From a virus, in IMG/VR virus record IMGVR_UViG_3300032431_000004, positions 1 through 64,000 of that record: a stretch of 64,000 nucleotides of DNA; one strand, given 5' to 3'. Below the pieces are notes generated by a model. The model saw nothing but the letters and a program-made list of their open reading frames with translations. It ran no database searches and had not been told where the DNA came from. The translations under genes were made by a program, and so were the position numbers. Of the stretch, positions 1-9,927 are shown in pieces; positions within the stretch are counted from its first letter, which is position 1; each line of letters opens with the position of its first letter.

Positions 1-244
1 TGCGGTGAACGTCTTGCAGCTCTGCAATTGATTGGTGTTTCCCTTTCAGGTTGTCCCACACATTGCGAATCGTGGTTGAATCAACGCCGTGCTTCCCTTG
101 CAAATACTTTTCGGTTTGAGCCAGTGTCTTGCTACCTTCTAACACCAGTACATGCATCTCATGCTCAATTTTGGAATACAACGCGGCGGTTGCGTCTAAG
201 AATGGGGCGAGATGGTCAGGTAACTTGGTGCAGTATGTAGGCAT
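1..244 (-). CDS. tnpB: IS200/IS605-family TnpB-related protein, N-terminal part (runs off window)
   Basis: Own translation from ATG at 244: MPTYCTKLPDHLAPFLDATAALYSKIEHEMH...YLQGKHGVDSTTIRNVWDNLKGKHQSIAELQ, resembling N-termini of cyanobacterial TnpB-related proteins; divergent RHH gene typical of these elements. Confidence 0.6.
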   Translation of the reverse strand, partial: MPTYCTKLPDHLAPFLDATAALYSKIEHEMHVLVLEGSKTLAQTEKYLQGKHGVDSTTIRNVWDNLKGKHQSIAELQDVHR

Positions 245-286
245 ATATCTATGATAGCATATATGTGTGGTCAATGTGTGGACAAA

Positions 287-436
287 ATGAAAGGGAAGCT
301 GAATTTAAGGATTGAAGTTTCTAGGCTTGAGAAGTTACATAGAGTAGCAGAAGATCGTAAGAAGACGATGACTCAGTTGATTCAAGATTGGATAGATCAG
401 CTACCTAGTCCTGAAAAAGTCCCTGAAATAGTTTGA
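287..436 (+). CDS. Ribbon-helix-helix small DNA-binding protein, divergent from tnpB
   Basis: KLNLRIEVSRLEKLHRVAEDRKKTMTQLIQDWIDQLP fits RHH beta-alpha-alpha pattern. Confidence 0.65.
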   Translation: MKGKLNLRIEVSRLEKLHRVAEDRKKTMTQLIQDWIDQLPSPEKVPEIV

Positions 437-585
437 GATCTTACCCGCTTATTAGCGGTGCTGCACGTATCCGATCGCCCATAAGAACGAGATTCGTTTA
501 GCGGCTCCGCTAGTCAGCAATCAGGAACACCGCCAGCGCTGAGGTTGGATGGGGCGATCTGCAAGCAGCGCTTCGCTATCGGCAT

Positions 586-834
586 TTAGCCACTAAATGG
601 TTTTGAGCCGATCGCCGCTGCAAGATGCGTTTTTATTTCAGAGGATATCAAGCCGTATAGCCTAACTGACTCTACGCCTCCAGGGAAGCTGCGATCAATA
701 GCCCCCGTTACCTGCTCAGTTGAATAGCCCTCTTTGATAGCTGCCTTGCAGATGGACTCTATGAGTGCGAGCATTGCCAGCTCAACGCTGACAGTTTCAA
801 CAATCTTTGTAGCGATATCGTTTGGGTCACTCAT
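586..834 (-). CDS. Hypothetical protein coupled to XRE gene
   Basis: ATG at 834 overlaps end of XRE gene, preceded by GGAGG. Confidence 0.55.
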   Translation of the reverse strand: MSDPNDIATKIVETVSVELAMLALIESICKAAIKEGYSTEQVTGAIDRSFPGGVESVRLYGLISSEIKTHLAAAIGSKPFSG

Positions 835-1051
835 GGCGATCGCCCTCCTGCAAATAAAACATTTCCCCAAGCTCAACTTTAAAGAACCGACAGACGGTTT
901 CAGCCGTTCCATTATCCAGGCGGCTGAACTTGTTGTGGTACAGTCTCCCGACAATCGTAGGGCTTAGTCCAGTCCTGCCAGCTACCTGCTGCTGCGTTAG
1001 TCGCTGCGCAGCCATTAGATCTTTAATTCTGCATTTCATTGCCATACCCAA
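827..1051 (-). CDS. XRE/Cro-CI family HTH regulator (candidate repressor)
   Basis: LTQQQVAGRTGLSPTIVGRLYHNKFSRLD...VCRFFKVELGEMF, HTH_26-like. Confidence 0.85.
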   Translation of the reverse strand: MGMAMKCRIKDLMAAQRLTQQQVAGRTGLSPTIVGRLYHNKFSRLDNGTAETVCRFFKVELGEMFYLQEGDRHE

Positions 1052-1064
1052 GCTCTATAAGTAC

Positions 1065-1146
1065 ACGTTATTACTTTACTCAACATCTGTCAACACATAG
1101 CTGTTAGCATTAATGTATTGACAGCTAGCTAGTAACAGGCTATAAC
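1065..1146. promoter_or_regulatory. Divergent sigma70-type promoters (candidate genetic switch)
   Basis: + strand TTGACA (1118-1123), 17 bp, TATAAC (1141-1146); - strand TTGACA (1093-1088), 17 bp, TAACGT. Confidence 0.6.
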
Positions 1147-2062
1147 TATAAGAGACAGGCAAGCACCACTGAGATTTCATGAGACACCTGACCGTTCTAC
1201 TAATCGTCCTTCTAGCAGCATTACCCGCGATCGCCAACAGCGGAACTTCCTACGAGCCACCTGTAGAAGGTGGGCCAGCCGCAAGCCAAGGGAGCGGCAC
1301 CCGATAGACTTCTCTACTCAGTTCGGTTCACCAATTACCTAAAAGCAAAAAGCATGTCAGACGCAACCGTTAAGCCAATCATTCCAGTCGTAAAAAGTCA
1401 GTCAGTGGTGATCAATCACCGCCCTGAAGCCAGTCTTGCTAACCGCCCCGCACCTACACGGGTTGCTGGCTTCAGTATCGACTAGGTTTCAAGTCACAGG
1501 GCGGCTTCATACGCTGCCCTAAAACGATCGCAAACACAGAAAAATAAAATGCCAGTAACACAAGAAAACAGAAAAACAATTACCCTCTCAGGCAACTACT
1601 GGAGACAGCTAGTAGAAGCAGGAATGCCAGCGCAGGGAAATGAGTCTGAGGCGACGGCACAAGCGATCGCACGCTGGGACTCTGAACACGTCCCATTGAA
1701 CCCCCTACAGCAGGCATTGGTAGAGGCATGGCGATCGCAGGTCATCGCAGCTGGCCTATGGCGGACGGGACTAGGCGGATACAACAATACGGGAGCGACA
1801 TGATCACACAAGAAAAGAACCACCTACTCAGCCCCGGCAGCCCGCAGGTGGTAAACGCTAAAGCAATGCAGTCTAGAAGGGCGATCGTTAAAGCTGGGGA
1901 AGGCGAACGAGCGATCGCCCTCTACCGAAAAGTAGTCAGCGGAGAACGGCTACTCGTTAATTACGTTGCCAGCCATCTGAGCTTTGAGGTGATGGACGTA
2001 AACATCCGTGATGGGCTTTGCTTATCTAATGACTGGGCGTTCATCTGTAGCTGGCAAGAAAA

Positions 2063-2557
2063 TTGCCCCTTCTAATTCCACCCCGCTCTACCGGGCAAAA
2101 AGCGATCACACCCACAAAAGGAAAGATGATGGAACCTACTTTAAGCAGCTTTGAGCAACGGATTAAAGACTCTGTAGACGCGCACAGCGCGGAGGCAGAA
2201 CGCAAGTCAATGATCCGTGAGGCTCAAGCGTTAGTCAAACGGCTGGATGCGTTAAAGGCAGATGACATTGACCTCAAAGACTTCGCTAGTCGCGCTGCTG
2301 AGAGCCTAGACAGGGTTGTAGAGCAGATGGAAGCGATCGCGCTCGCCACTAAGCCGCCCACAGAGTTTGAGTGGGACAAGAATTACTCCTTTGACGTTAT
2401 GAGCGGAGGCTGCGTGCTCACATCCGTAACGGTTAACCCGTTCTGTGACACGCGATTGTGCAAGGCTGAGTGGGCAGATGTCAGAAGAAAAGAGTATCTT
2501 TTGCAGGCGATCGCACGCAAGAAGTTTGTAGAGTCTATTTCAATTGAGCCTGCGTAA
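2063..2557 (+). CDS. Hypothetical protein
   Basis: Long ORF in early operon; true start probably the internal MMEPT. Confidence 0.55.
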   Translation: MPLLIPPRSTGQKAITPTKGKMMEPTLSSFEQRIKDSVDAHSAEAERKSMIREAQALVKRLDALKADDIDLKDFASRAAESLDRVVEQMEAIALATKPPTEFEWDKNYSFDVMSGGCVLTSVTVNPFCDTRLCKAEWADVRRKEYLLQAIARKKFVESISIEPA

Positions 2558-2661
2558 GGCACCGTTTCCTTGCCATTCCCTATGGTAAATTGATCGGGAG
2601 GGATGCGACTCACACAACGCATAAAGTCAAAATCAACCAAATTAAAACAGGACAAGCAGAC

Positions 2662-3681
2662 ATGCTAGCTTACGTCTACAATCTCGATGCTTTCCCCCAC
2701 ATCACAATGAAAGAGCTTCCATCAGGCAGAAGCTTGATCGGCAAAAAAATTCTTTCTGAGTCAGAATTTCAGCAGTTTGAGGCGCTTATCGCCTATCTCC
2801 CACCCACGGAGACGCTGAACACCCAGGAAGTTTTGCTAGTCATGGCAGACTCCAACGGAGTTCTAGAGCGCGTCTACGCGCCTGCTCTGTTTGCCACAGA
2901 AGAAGGTAGCATCATCCTGCGTGTTGGCTCTAATACTTGGCCTGTTACGCAGGAACCGGGCAAATTCAGCGTTGGCAGCCTGACTGGCTACCTGAATGTG
3001 GAAATGAAAGAAAACCTCAAAGAAGAGCAATACATGCTCGTTTCTGTCAACTTCTCCGATGATGCTGATACTGCCAGCTTCAGCATTGGGGTTCGACTTT
3101 CCCAAGAATCGGAGTTGACTCAGGTGCAGCTGCAAAAGCTATTCGCCAAAGGTGGATCGATTGTCCCTCACCTGATGGTTGCTGGCACCGGTGGCACCGG
3201 TGGCGATGTTGGGAAGATGCATGAGCTAGGCGTCGGGGAATACGCGCTCACAGATATTGAGCAAGTAGAAATCGCTGGCAAGCCTGCCAAAGATGGCAAG
3301 CCTGAAGAGCAGCCCCGGACTAGCTGGATTTTGGAACTGGAGACAGGCGATCGCGTCTGGGCAAAGGGTACTATCATCCGGCTGCTCAAGGACGACAGCA
3401 GCAGCAGCTGGATCAAAACCTGTGTGAGGCTGGCTAAAGCAACGGTTGAGGACACGAAGACTGGCTTCAAGCTCAGTCTTGCCACCCCACACACTTTGAA
3501 AATCTCAAACATTGTTGAGATGACCAGGGGCTTTTCAGTCACTTGTCAGATTGTTGAGCGTGCGCCACTCGGAGTTCCTGTACTGCCTAGTGTTGGCGTA
3601 GCCGCGATCGCGCCCGTAGTGCCTCAAAGGCAACTGGTAGGCAACACCCCTTCTGGCAGTTTTGAGGACATTCCCTTTTAA
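2662..3681 (+). CDS. Putative ssDNA-binding / recombination protein
   Basis: Acidic-aromatic C-terminus FEDIPF as in SSB-type tails; directly upstream of replication genes. Confidence 0.45.
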   Translation: MLAYVYNLDAFPHITMKELPSGRSLIGKKILSESEFQQFEALIAYLPPTETLNTQEVLLVMADSNGVLERVYAPALFATEEGSIILRVGSNTWPVTQEPGKFSVGSLTGYLNVEMKENLKEEQYMLVSVNFSDDADTASFSIGVRLSQESELTQVQLQKLFAKGGSIVPHLMVAGTGGTGGDVGKMHELGVGEYALTDIEQVEIAGKPAKDGKPEEQPRTSWILELETGDRVWAKGTIIRLLKDDSSSSWIKTCVRLAKATVEDTKTGFKLSLATPHTLKISNIVEMTRGFSVTCQIVERAPLGVPVLPSVGVAAIAPVVPQRQLVGNTPSGSFEDIPF

Positions 3682-3756
3682 TTGAGTCAAAAAAAATGGA
3701 GTAGAGATTGGCGTCTCTACTCCATAATCAACTGCAACCAAAAAGCGAGAACTAAT

Positions 3757-5118
3757 ATGCTTCAGACTGACGACCCTACCAGCGGGAATGTCCTGCGACC
3801 AAATTTCAGAAACTCTAATACAGAAATCTTACCAGGTTTTACGCCCAACACGCAGCAATCGGAAGCGATCGCACGCATTGGCGATTTTTTGGCAGGCAGC
3901 GATCGCCTGTACCTGCTTTTCGGTTACGCAGGTACAGGGAAAACCACAACGATTCAGGCAGCCGTTAGTGGACTGAGGGCTAAAGGAGACAGCAGGCGAA
4001 TCGTCTTCACTGCCTTCAGTAATAAGGCAACCAAGGTTTTACAGCGGATGGTTGACCGCTGGCAGCTAAACATTGAGTGCATTACAGTTTGCAAGTTGCT
4101 GGGATTGAAACCCCAGATCGACGAGTCCACCGGCAGGCAAATTTTCAAACCAGACTACGGTGTTGAAAATGCATTCAGCCAATTCGACCTAGTGGTAATT
4201 GATGAATGCTCCATGCTCAACGAAGAGATTTGGCAGCTCGTCACTGATGAACTGGGAACGCTATTCAGGGAGCGAGAAACACAAGTCGTCTGCATGGGTG
4301 ACCCAGCTCAGCTGCCGCCCGTCAATGAAGCGCAGTCCCCATGTTTCGGATCCGTGCTTGAGCAGTTTCAGCTTACAGAGGTTGTCCGGTACGGAGGCGC
4401 GATCGCCCTTTTGGCTGAGCAAGTGCGGCTGAATCTCGACACGCCTGGGCTGGTAGACATGGAGACTGACATGACAAGCGATCGCACAGAGGGCGTCTGC
4501 GTCGGGACTCCAGCCCAGTGGGAAAGTATGCTAGTTCAGGCATTCACCTCTGAGAAGGCGAAGCAAAACCCTGATTATGTTCGGGCGCTTTGCTATACGA
4601 ATCGTCGAGTGGATGCGGTTAACGCAGCGATCCGCTGTGCGCTCTATGGTAAGGACGCTTCTCGGTTCGTGACGGGCGAGCGGCTGGTAGCTGATTCTCC
4701 CTACATGGTAAAGAACTCAGTTTTGCTGGCAACATCGGCAGAGTGTGAAGTTCTAGAAGTCAGAGCAGGCCGGTCTGATGGCTGGAATATTTGGAGTTTG
4801 AGGGCAATCAGCGATAGTGAAGACCAAAAAATCGTTATTGTCGAGATATTGCATGAGTCAGAGTTTGAACGATTCGAAAAAACCTGCGGAGATCTGGCTA
4901 AATCGAAAAACTGGAAAGGCTTCTGGGATCTAAAGCAGCGATTTGGGCAGCTAAAATATTCCTACTGTTTGACAGTCCACAAAGCCCAAGGTTCCACCTT
5001 CGAAAACGTCTTCGCAGATGTCAATAACCTCCTGACTAACCGAACAGTCCGTGAACGTAATCAGCTGCTCTACGTGGCTGCTACACGAGCCTCCAAGCGT
5101 TTATTTCTAAGCTGCTAG
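3757..5118 (+). CDS. SF1B helicase, Dda/RecD-like
   Basis: GYAGTGKTT, IDECSM, GDPAQLPPV, TVHKAQGSTF, LLYVAATRA. Confidence 0.9.
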   Translation: MLQTDDPTSGNVLRPNFRNSNTEILPGFTPNTQQSEAIARIGDFLAGSDRLYLLFGYAGTGKTTTIQAAVSGLRAKGDSRRIVFTAFSNKATKVLQRMVDRWQLNIECITVCKLLGLKPQIDESTGRQIFKPDYGVENAFSQFDLVVIDECSMLNEEIWQLVTDELGTLFRERETQVVCMGDPAQLPPVNEAQSPCFGSVLEQFQLTEVVRYGGAIALLAEQVRLNLDTPGLVDMETDMTSDRTEGVCVGTPAQWESMLVQAFTSEKAKQNPDYVRALCYTNRRVDAVNAAIRCALYGKDASRFVTGERLVADSPYMVKNSVLLATSAECEVLEVRAGRSDGWNIWSLRAISDSEDQKIVIVEILHESEFERFEKTCGDLAKSKNWKGFWDLKQRFGQLKYSYCLTVHKAQGSTFENVFADVNNLLTNRTVRERNQLLYVAATRASKRLFLSC

Positions 5119-5154
5119 ACTTTCTTGCTTCCGAAAACCTTACTGAGTTTGCTC

Positions 5155-7872
5155 ATGACCTGGCTATCTTCTTCAAAAAATAATCCTTGCCCAGTTTGCG
5201 CCCGCACCAAAGACGCTGACTGCGGATGGACTACCGACCTACGGATGGTACTCTGCCACACCCGCGCCAACACTTCAAGCGCGATCGCACAGCCAGCCGA
5301 TCGAGTAGGTAGTTACACTTTCACAGGAAAGATCGAAAATAACGGATTTTGCGATCGCGCTATCTATTGTTTAAAAGATGACTGGGTAAAGCCAGCACGG
5401 CAGGTGAGTAGCAAGCCCACCTATTACAGCTATCCCAGCGCCGGGGCTTCACCGCTAGCCCGTGTAGCAAGGTTGGACACTGCCACAGGTAAGAAGATCT
5501 GGCAGGAATATTGGGACGGTACGGGCTGGCAAAAAGGCTTGCCTGACGAGATAAAGGCTCAAATTCATCTATACCGGATTGACAATCCAATCAATCAAAA
5601 AGCGATCGCCCGTGGGCTGCCACTGAGGATTGTTGAGGGTGAAAAGACTGCTGACGCCCTGCTAGAAATTGGGATGGCCGCCACTACCTCCATCGGTGGC
5701 GCTGGCAAGTGGCGTCACTATGGCGGGGCGCACGGCAACTACTCAGCAGACCTTGATGGCGCTGTACTTGTTTTGTGCCCCGATCGCGATCGCGCTGGGG
5801 TAGAACACTGTCAGGACATCGCTTCTGATTACTACTCCTGTAAATGGTTGTACGCCGCCCCTGATAGCCCTAGCTGGCGCTGTTATCAGATCGGCACTGG
5901 CTATGACCTTGCTGATTGGATTGACGACCTCAAGGCTAGCGGGCTGAGTGCTGATGAGGTTTATAACACCATTTCTGGAGCTACTGAATCATCTGCTAGA
6001 GATTTTGAAGTCAACTTCACTGAGGCTGAAGAGGGTAAAAAGTCATCTGTCAACGTGACTGGCAGCAACGCTGTTGACAGCCAAAGCTCAGGTGCGGTAA
6101 GCATCATAGATACTTTGGCAGCTGTCACTGACATTCTGGGAAGAGCGGCTGCTGACTGGCAGGAAACAAACTGGCTCGCTGAGCTAGAAGCTAAGTCGCA
6201 GATAAAAGGGAAGGCATTCTGGCAAATGGTCAGCCAGAAAAAAGCACAGATTGATGACGTGCTACCAGAAGATGTCAGCAGGCTGGAGAAGCTGATTGAC
6301 TGGAGCCAGTCGGAGCTTAACTGGTCGGATGTGCTGCCAGACTTAGCCCCATTCTTGATCCACGATGCGCAAACATTAGGCATTGACCCTGTGTCTATTT
6401 GGCAGTATCTATTGCCTGCGGTGCTGTCTCTAGCGGGTAAAAAGGCAGAGCTTGATTTGGGCACTCACAAGATTCCTAGCATCGCCTGGACATGCACTGT
6501 AGCTGAATCAGGCACAGGCAAAACCCGCGCTGAAAAGCTGGTTATTGAGCCGCTGAAGAAGTTGCAGGAGCAAGAACACAAACGCTTTAAGCTTGACACT
6601 GAAGCCTATGCGATCGCGCTTAAGGCTGGCGACGATGCTTCTAAGCCGGAGCCAGAAAAGAAATTGCTATTCCAAGTTGCTACCATCCAAGCTGTAATGT
6701 GCAGACTAGCTGAGCAGGGTGACAACGGCACCCTATGGTCTAGGGATGAAATCGCTGGATTGTTTAAATCCCTGAATCAGTTTTCAGGTGGTAAAGACTC
6801 AGAGGGGCTGGAATGTTTGTTAGACCTGTGGGATGGCTCATCCATCCAAACTGATCGGGTCAATGCTGAGGATTCGTACTTTATCCCATCTACTCGAATG
6901 TCTATTAGTGGAGGTATTCAGCCTGGTATCTACCGACGCATCTTTAAAGATCCTGACGATGCTCAAGGTATGGCAGCGAGATTTTTGTTTGCAATCCCCA
7001 AAGAAGGGACAGCCAAAAGATCTAGGGGGAAGCAACTTCTCCCTATGATTTTGCCGCCGCTGTATCAGTCGATCGCTGATGCTGACTTTGGTGAAATTCG
7101 CCCTACTGATGCCGCTGCCGACATGTACGATGACGCCTATGAATATTACGGCAACGAAGCTAGGAAGTGCCAACACGCAGGCATCCGCGCATGGTTGCGT
7201 AAACTCTCAGCTCAAGTTGGTCGGATTGCTCTGGGACTGCACATTATTGAATGTGCCTTCAACGAAACCAAGCGTGCCGATGTGCTGACTGTTGAAACGA
7301 TGGAACGGGCGATCGCATTTGCCAATTACTACCGGGCGTCGTTTGAGTGGCTACAGGAGAATGCTGCTGAGAGCGCTGACATCAGTAGTATTCTTACCCG
7401 TATTTGGGACAAGGGACTAACAGAGAACGGAATCACCCCTAGAGATGCCTATCGTGCCAACAGAGCGCTGTCAGAGAAGGCAAGGGAGATGAATCGCACG
7501 GCAGCCGCCTACACCATTGACTTGTTCACTCGACTGGTTGAACTAGGTCGGGGGCGAATTGAACGCAACGGTAGGCATATCCGCTTCTACTCAATCCCAG
7601 CTAGCAATACTAAGAATGCCGCGACGGTGTGCCACGAGGCTGAAATCATTGCTCAGAGCGAACCGCAGCTGTCGCCAGTGCTGCTGCCAGTCATGTTGAC
7701 AAACGCAAATAATGGTAATGGCAACGGCAAAGCTAAGGGATTTCAATCCTCAGTAAAAAGCTCAAAGCCAGATCCGCAGGCCGCGATCGCACAACTTCTA
7801 GCAGCTCGTAGAAACCCCGTCCCTGTAGCTGCTGCCGTCCCTGCCGAAACTTCAGAGAGGTACGGATTCTAA
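5155..7872 (+). CDS. Primase-replication protein: Zn finger, TOPRIM, DUF3987 P-loop domain
   Basis: CPVC..DC Zn finger; IVEGEKTADAL and CPDRDRAG TOPRIM; AESGTGKT, RDEIAG, ISGGIQP, GMAARFLF of DUF3987. Confidence 0.85.
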   Translation: MTWLSSSKNNPCPVCARTKDADCGWTTDLRMVLCHTRANTSSAIAQPADRVGSYTFTGKIENNGFCDRAIYCLKDDWVKPARQVSSKPTYYSYPSAGASPLARVARLDTATGKKIWQEYWDGTGWQKGLPDEIKAQIHLYRIDNPINQKAIARGLPLRIVEGEKTADALLEIGMAATTSIGGAGKWRHYGGAHGNYSADLDGAVLVLCPDRDRAGVEHCQDIASDYYSCKWLYAAPDSPSWRCYQIGTGYDLADWIDDLKASGLSADEVYNTISGATESSARDFEVNFTEAEEGKKSSVNVTGSNAVDSQSSGAVSIIDTLAAVTDILGRAAADWQETNWLAELEAKSQIKGKAFWQMVSQKKAQIDDVLPEDVSRLEKLIDWSQSELNWSDVLPDLAPFLIHDAQTLGIDPVSIWQYLLPAVLSLAGKKAELDLGTHKIPSIAWTCTVAESGTGKTRAEKLVIEPLKKLQEQEHKRFKLDTEAYAIALKAGDDASKPEPEKKLLFQVATIQAVMCRLAEQGDNGTLWSRDEIAGLFKSLNQFSGGKDSEGLECLLDLWDGSSIQTDRVNAEDSYFIPSTRMSISGGIQPGIYRRIFKDPDDAQGMAARFLFAIPKEGTAKRSRGKQLLPMILPPLYQSIADADFGEIRPTDAAADMYDDAYEYYGNEARKCQHAGIRAWLRKLSAQVGRIALGLHIIECAFNETKRADVLTVETMERAIAFANYYRASFEWLQENAAESADISSILTRIWDKGLTENGITPRDAYRANRALSEKAREMNRTAAAYTIDLFTRLVELGRGRIERNGRHIRFYSIPASNTKNAATVCHEAEIIAQSEPQLSPVLLPVMLTNANNGNGNGKAKGFQSSVKSSKPDPQAAIAQLLAARRNPVPVAAAVPAETSERYGF

Positions 7873-9737
7873 TGGTGGTAGAAAAGAAAAGATACAACCG
7901 AAAAGCTGCGATCGCGGCTGAGCCTGAATGGTCACAATTCCAGCAAAACATTTACAAGCGGGTTGAGTCTGGCAGCGGCAATCTGCGTGTCGGTGCCGTC
8001 GCGGGTTCTGGCAAGACTACGGTACTTTGCGGGATCGCCAACAGACTACCGTCTACGGCAAAGGTTTCAGTACTGGCATTCAGTAAGGACGTCGTTGAGG
8101 CATTAAAGAAACGTCTACCCAGTCGGATCACCGTCGCCACTCCTTATGGCATGGGGCTATCAATCCTGACCCGGCACTTCTATCAGGAGGGTTCGATAAC
8201 GGTAGAGGAGCATAAATACAGGAAAATCTCTAGGAAACTAATTGATGGTTTAGACCTGTCCAGCTTGGCGATCGCTGACAAGGCTGCGACTAAGCAGATT
8301 AAAAAAGATCTGAGCAACTTCCTGAATCGGCTGATTGCAGGGTGTCAAGCCACGTTGTCTGAACCGACGATAGAGAGTCTAAAACATCTGATTGACTATT
8401 ACGTCATCGAATCACCCATCGGAGCCGCTCTAGCCATTCCATTAGTAGCTGAGGCTCTAAAAGCTGGTGAGCTGATGGCACATCAGCAGCGGATCGTAGA
8501 CTTTGGTGATCAGCTTTGGCTACCGCATATATGGGATTTGCGCCCAGCCCCTAGAGATTGGGTGCTGCTAGATGAAGTGCAGGACGCCAGCCCTGCTCAG
8601 CTAGCCCTCTACAAAGCTCTGTTAGGAGATACCGGAAGGGCGATCGCGGTTGGTGATGAATTTCAGGCTATCCAAGGGTTCGCATTTGCTTCTCCTGCCA
8701 TGTGGGGGAAGGTAGCAACTGAGCTAAACGCAGAAACGTTACCCCTGTCAGTTTGCTATCGTTGCCCATCGTCTCATCTGAATCTGGCGCGGGCAATTGT
8801 GTCAGGTATCCAAGCCAGACCGGGCGCTCCGGTAGGCGAACTTGAGGTTGTTGCACCATCTGAAATTAAAGGGATGGCCCAGGCGGGCGACATGATCCTT
8901 TCAAGGTTCACCGCTCCACTGATTGCACTATGTTTGCGGCTGATTGTTTCTGGCATTCAAGCACGGGTGAGAGGCCGTGACATTGGCGCTCAATTAGTGG
9001 CACTAGCTGAGCAATGCGGCAGCGGGCCGTACTCATGCTTTGCTGATGCTGCTAGCCGTTACTGCCTTCCCAAAATACAAGAGCTTAGGGATAACGACGA
9101 GAACCAGGCTGCTGATAGCCTAGAAGACCGCTACAGCGCGATCGCGGCCTGCCATCAGGAATTCGGCGACCAGTGCGCAACAATGCAGCAGTTCACTACC
9201 AAGATCGCTGCATTGTTCACTGACGATAAAGCCTCGGTGATCCTGTCAACAATCCACAGAGCAAAAGGGGATGAAGCCGACAGAGTGTTTTTATTGGGAG
9301 TCAACAGCCTCCCTTATCTAGAAAAGGTTGGGCAAGAATGGCAAGAACAGCAGGAATGGAATCTACTTTATGTCGCCCTGACCCGCGCTAAAAAGTCACT
9401 CTTCCTAGTGCCACTTCCCAGGAAGCAAGACAAAATATCCATAGATGAGCTACTGGCGCTCCCTTATGGCGGGTTGCCAATAACTCCAGTGGCATACACA
9501 ACGCAGCTGACAAGCGCGATCGCCCCCACTGAAGCTATCGAAACTGTATGGATGCCCGCTATAGGCGATCGCGTTCACAAGAGATTTCAGGAAGGCTGGA
9601 ACGGCAGTGCCGTACTACTGACAGCAGATGGGCGGGTTGAGGTTCTATGGGATTACGATCCCTTCCCCCTAACCTGCAAATCGGCTGATTTACGCCCATA
9701 CTCAGAAAAGTTTCAGAAGTCGTTTCAGGAAGCTTAA
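7872..9737 (+). CDS. SF1A UvrD/Rep-like helicase
   Basis: AVAGSGKTT, LDEVQD, VGDEFQAIQGF, STIHRAKGDE, LLYVALTRAK. Confidence 0.9.
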   Translation: MVVEKKRYNRKAAIAAEPEWSQFQQNIYKRVESGSGNLRVGAVAGSGKTTVLCGIANRLPSTAKVSVLAFSKDVVEALKKRLPSRITVATPYGMGLSILTRHFYQEGSITVEEHKYRKISRKLIDGLDLSSLAIADKAATKQIKKDLSNFLNRLIAGCQATLSEPTIESLKHLIDYYVIESPIGAALAIPLVAEALKAGELMAHQQRIVDFGDQLWLPHIWDLRPAPRDWVLLDEVQDASPAQLALYKALLGDTGRAIAVGDEFQAIQGFAFASPAMWGKVATELNAETLPLSVCYRCPSSHLNLARAIVSGIQARPGAPVGELEVVAPSEIKGMAQAGDMILSRFTAPLIALCLRLIVSGIQARVRGRDIGAQLVALAEQCGSGPYSCFADAASRYCLPKIQELRDNDENQAADSLEDRYSAIAACHQEFGDQCATMQQFTTKIAALFTDDKASVILSTIHRAKGDEADRVFLLGVNSLPYLEKVGQEWQEQQEWNLLYVALTRAKKSLFLVPLPRKQDKISIDELLALPYGGLPITPVAYTTQLTSAIAPTEAIETVWMPAIGDRVHKRFQEGWNGSAVLLTADGRVEVLWDYDPFPLTCKSADLRPYSEKFQKSFQEA

Positions 9738-9927
9738 AGATGGAATTTGAACAACTCAGGGCAGCAAAGGTGAGGGAGTTGATCGGCTTAGTTAACAAGC
9801 TATCGCGGCTAACCCCCCTAGACGATTGCATTGCACTACTGGAAAGCGCGATCGCACAGCAGCAGGGTAAGGCACGGCAGCGGGCACGGCGAAAAGAGAA
9901 GCCAGAAATTAACGATTGGAGAATCTA

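Noticed and set aside
28-240. ORF-track + strand 70-aa ORF
   Set aside because: Shadow of the - strand TnpB-related frame starting at 244.
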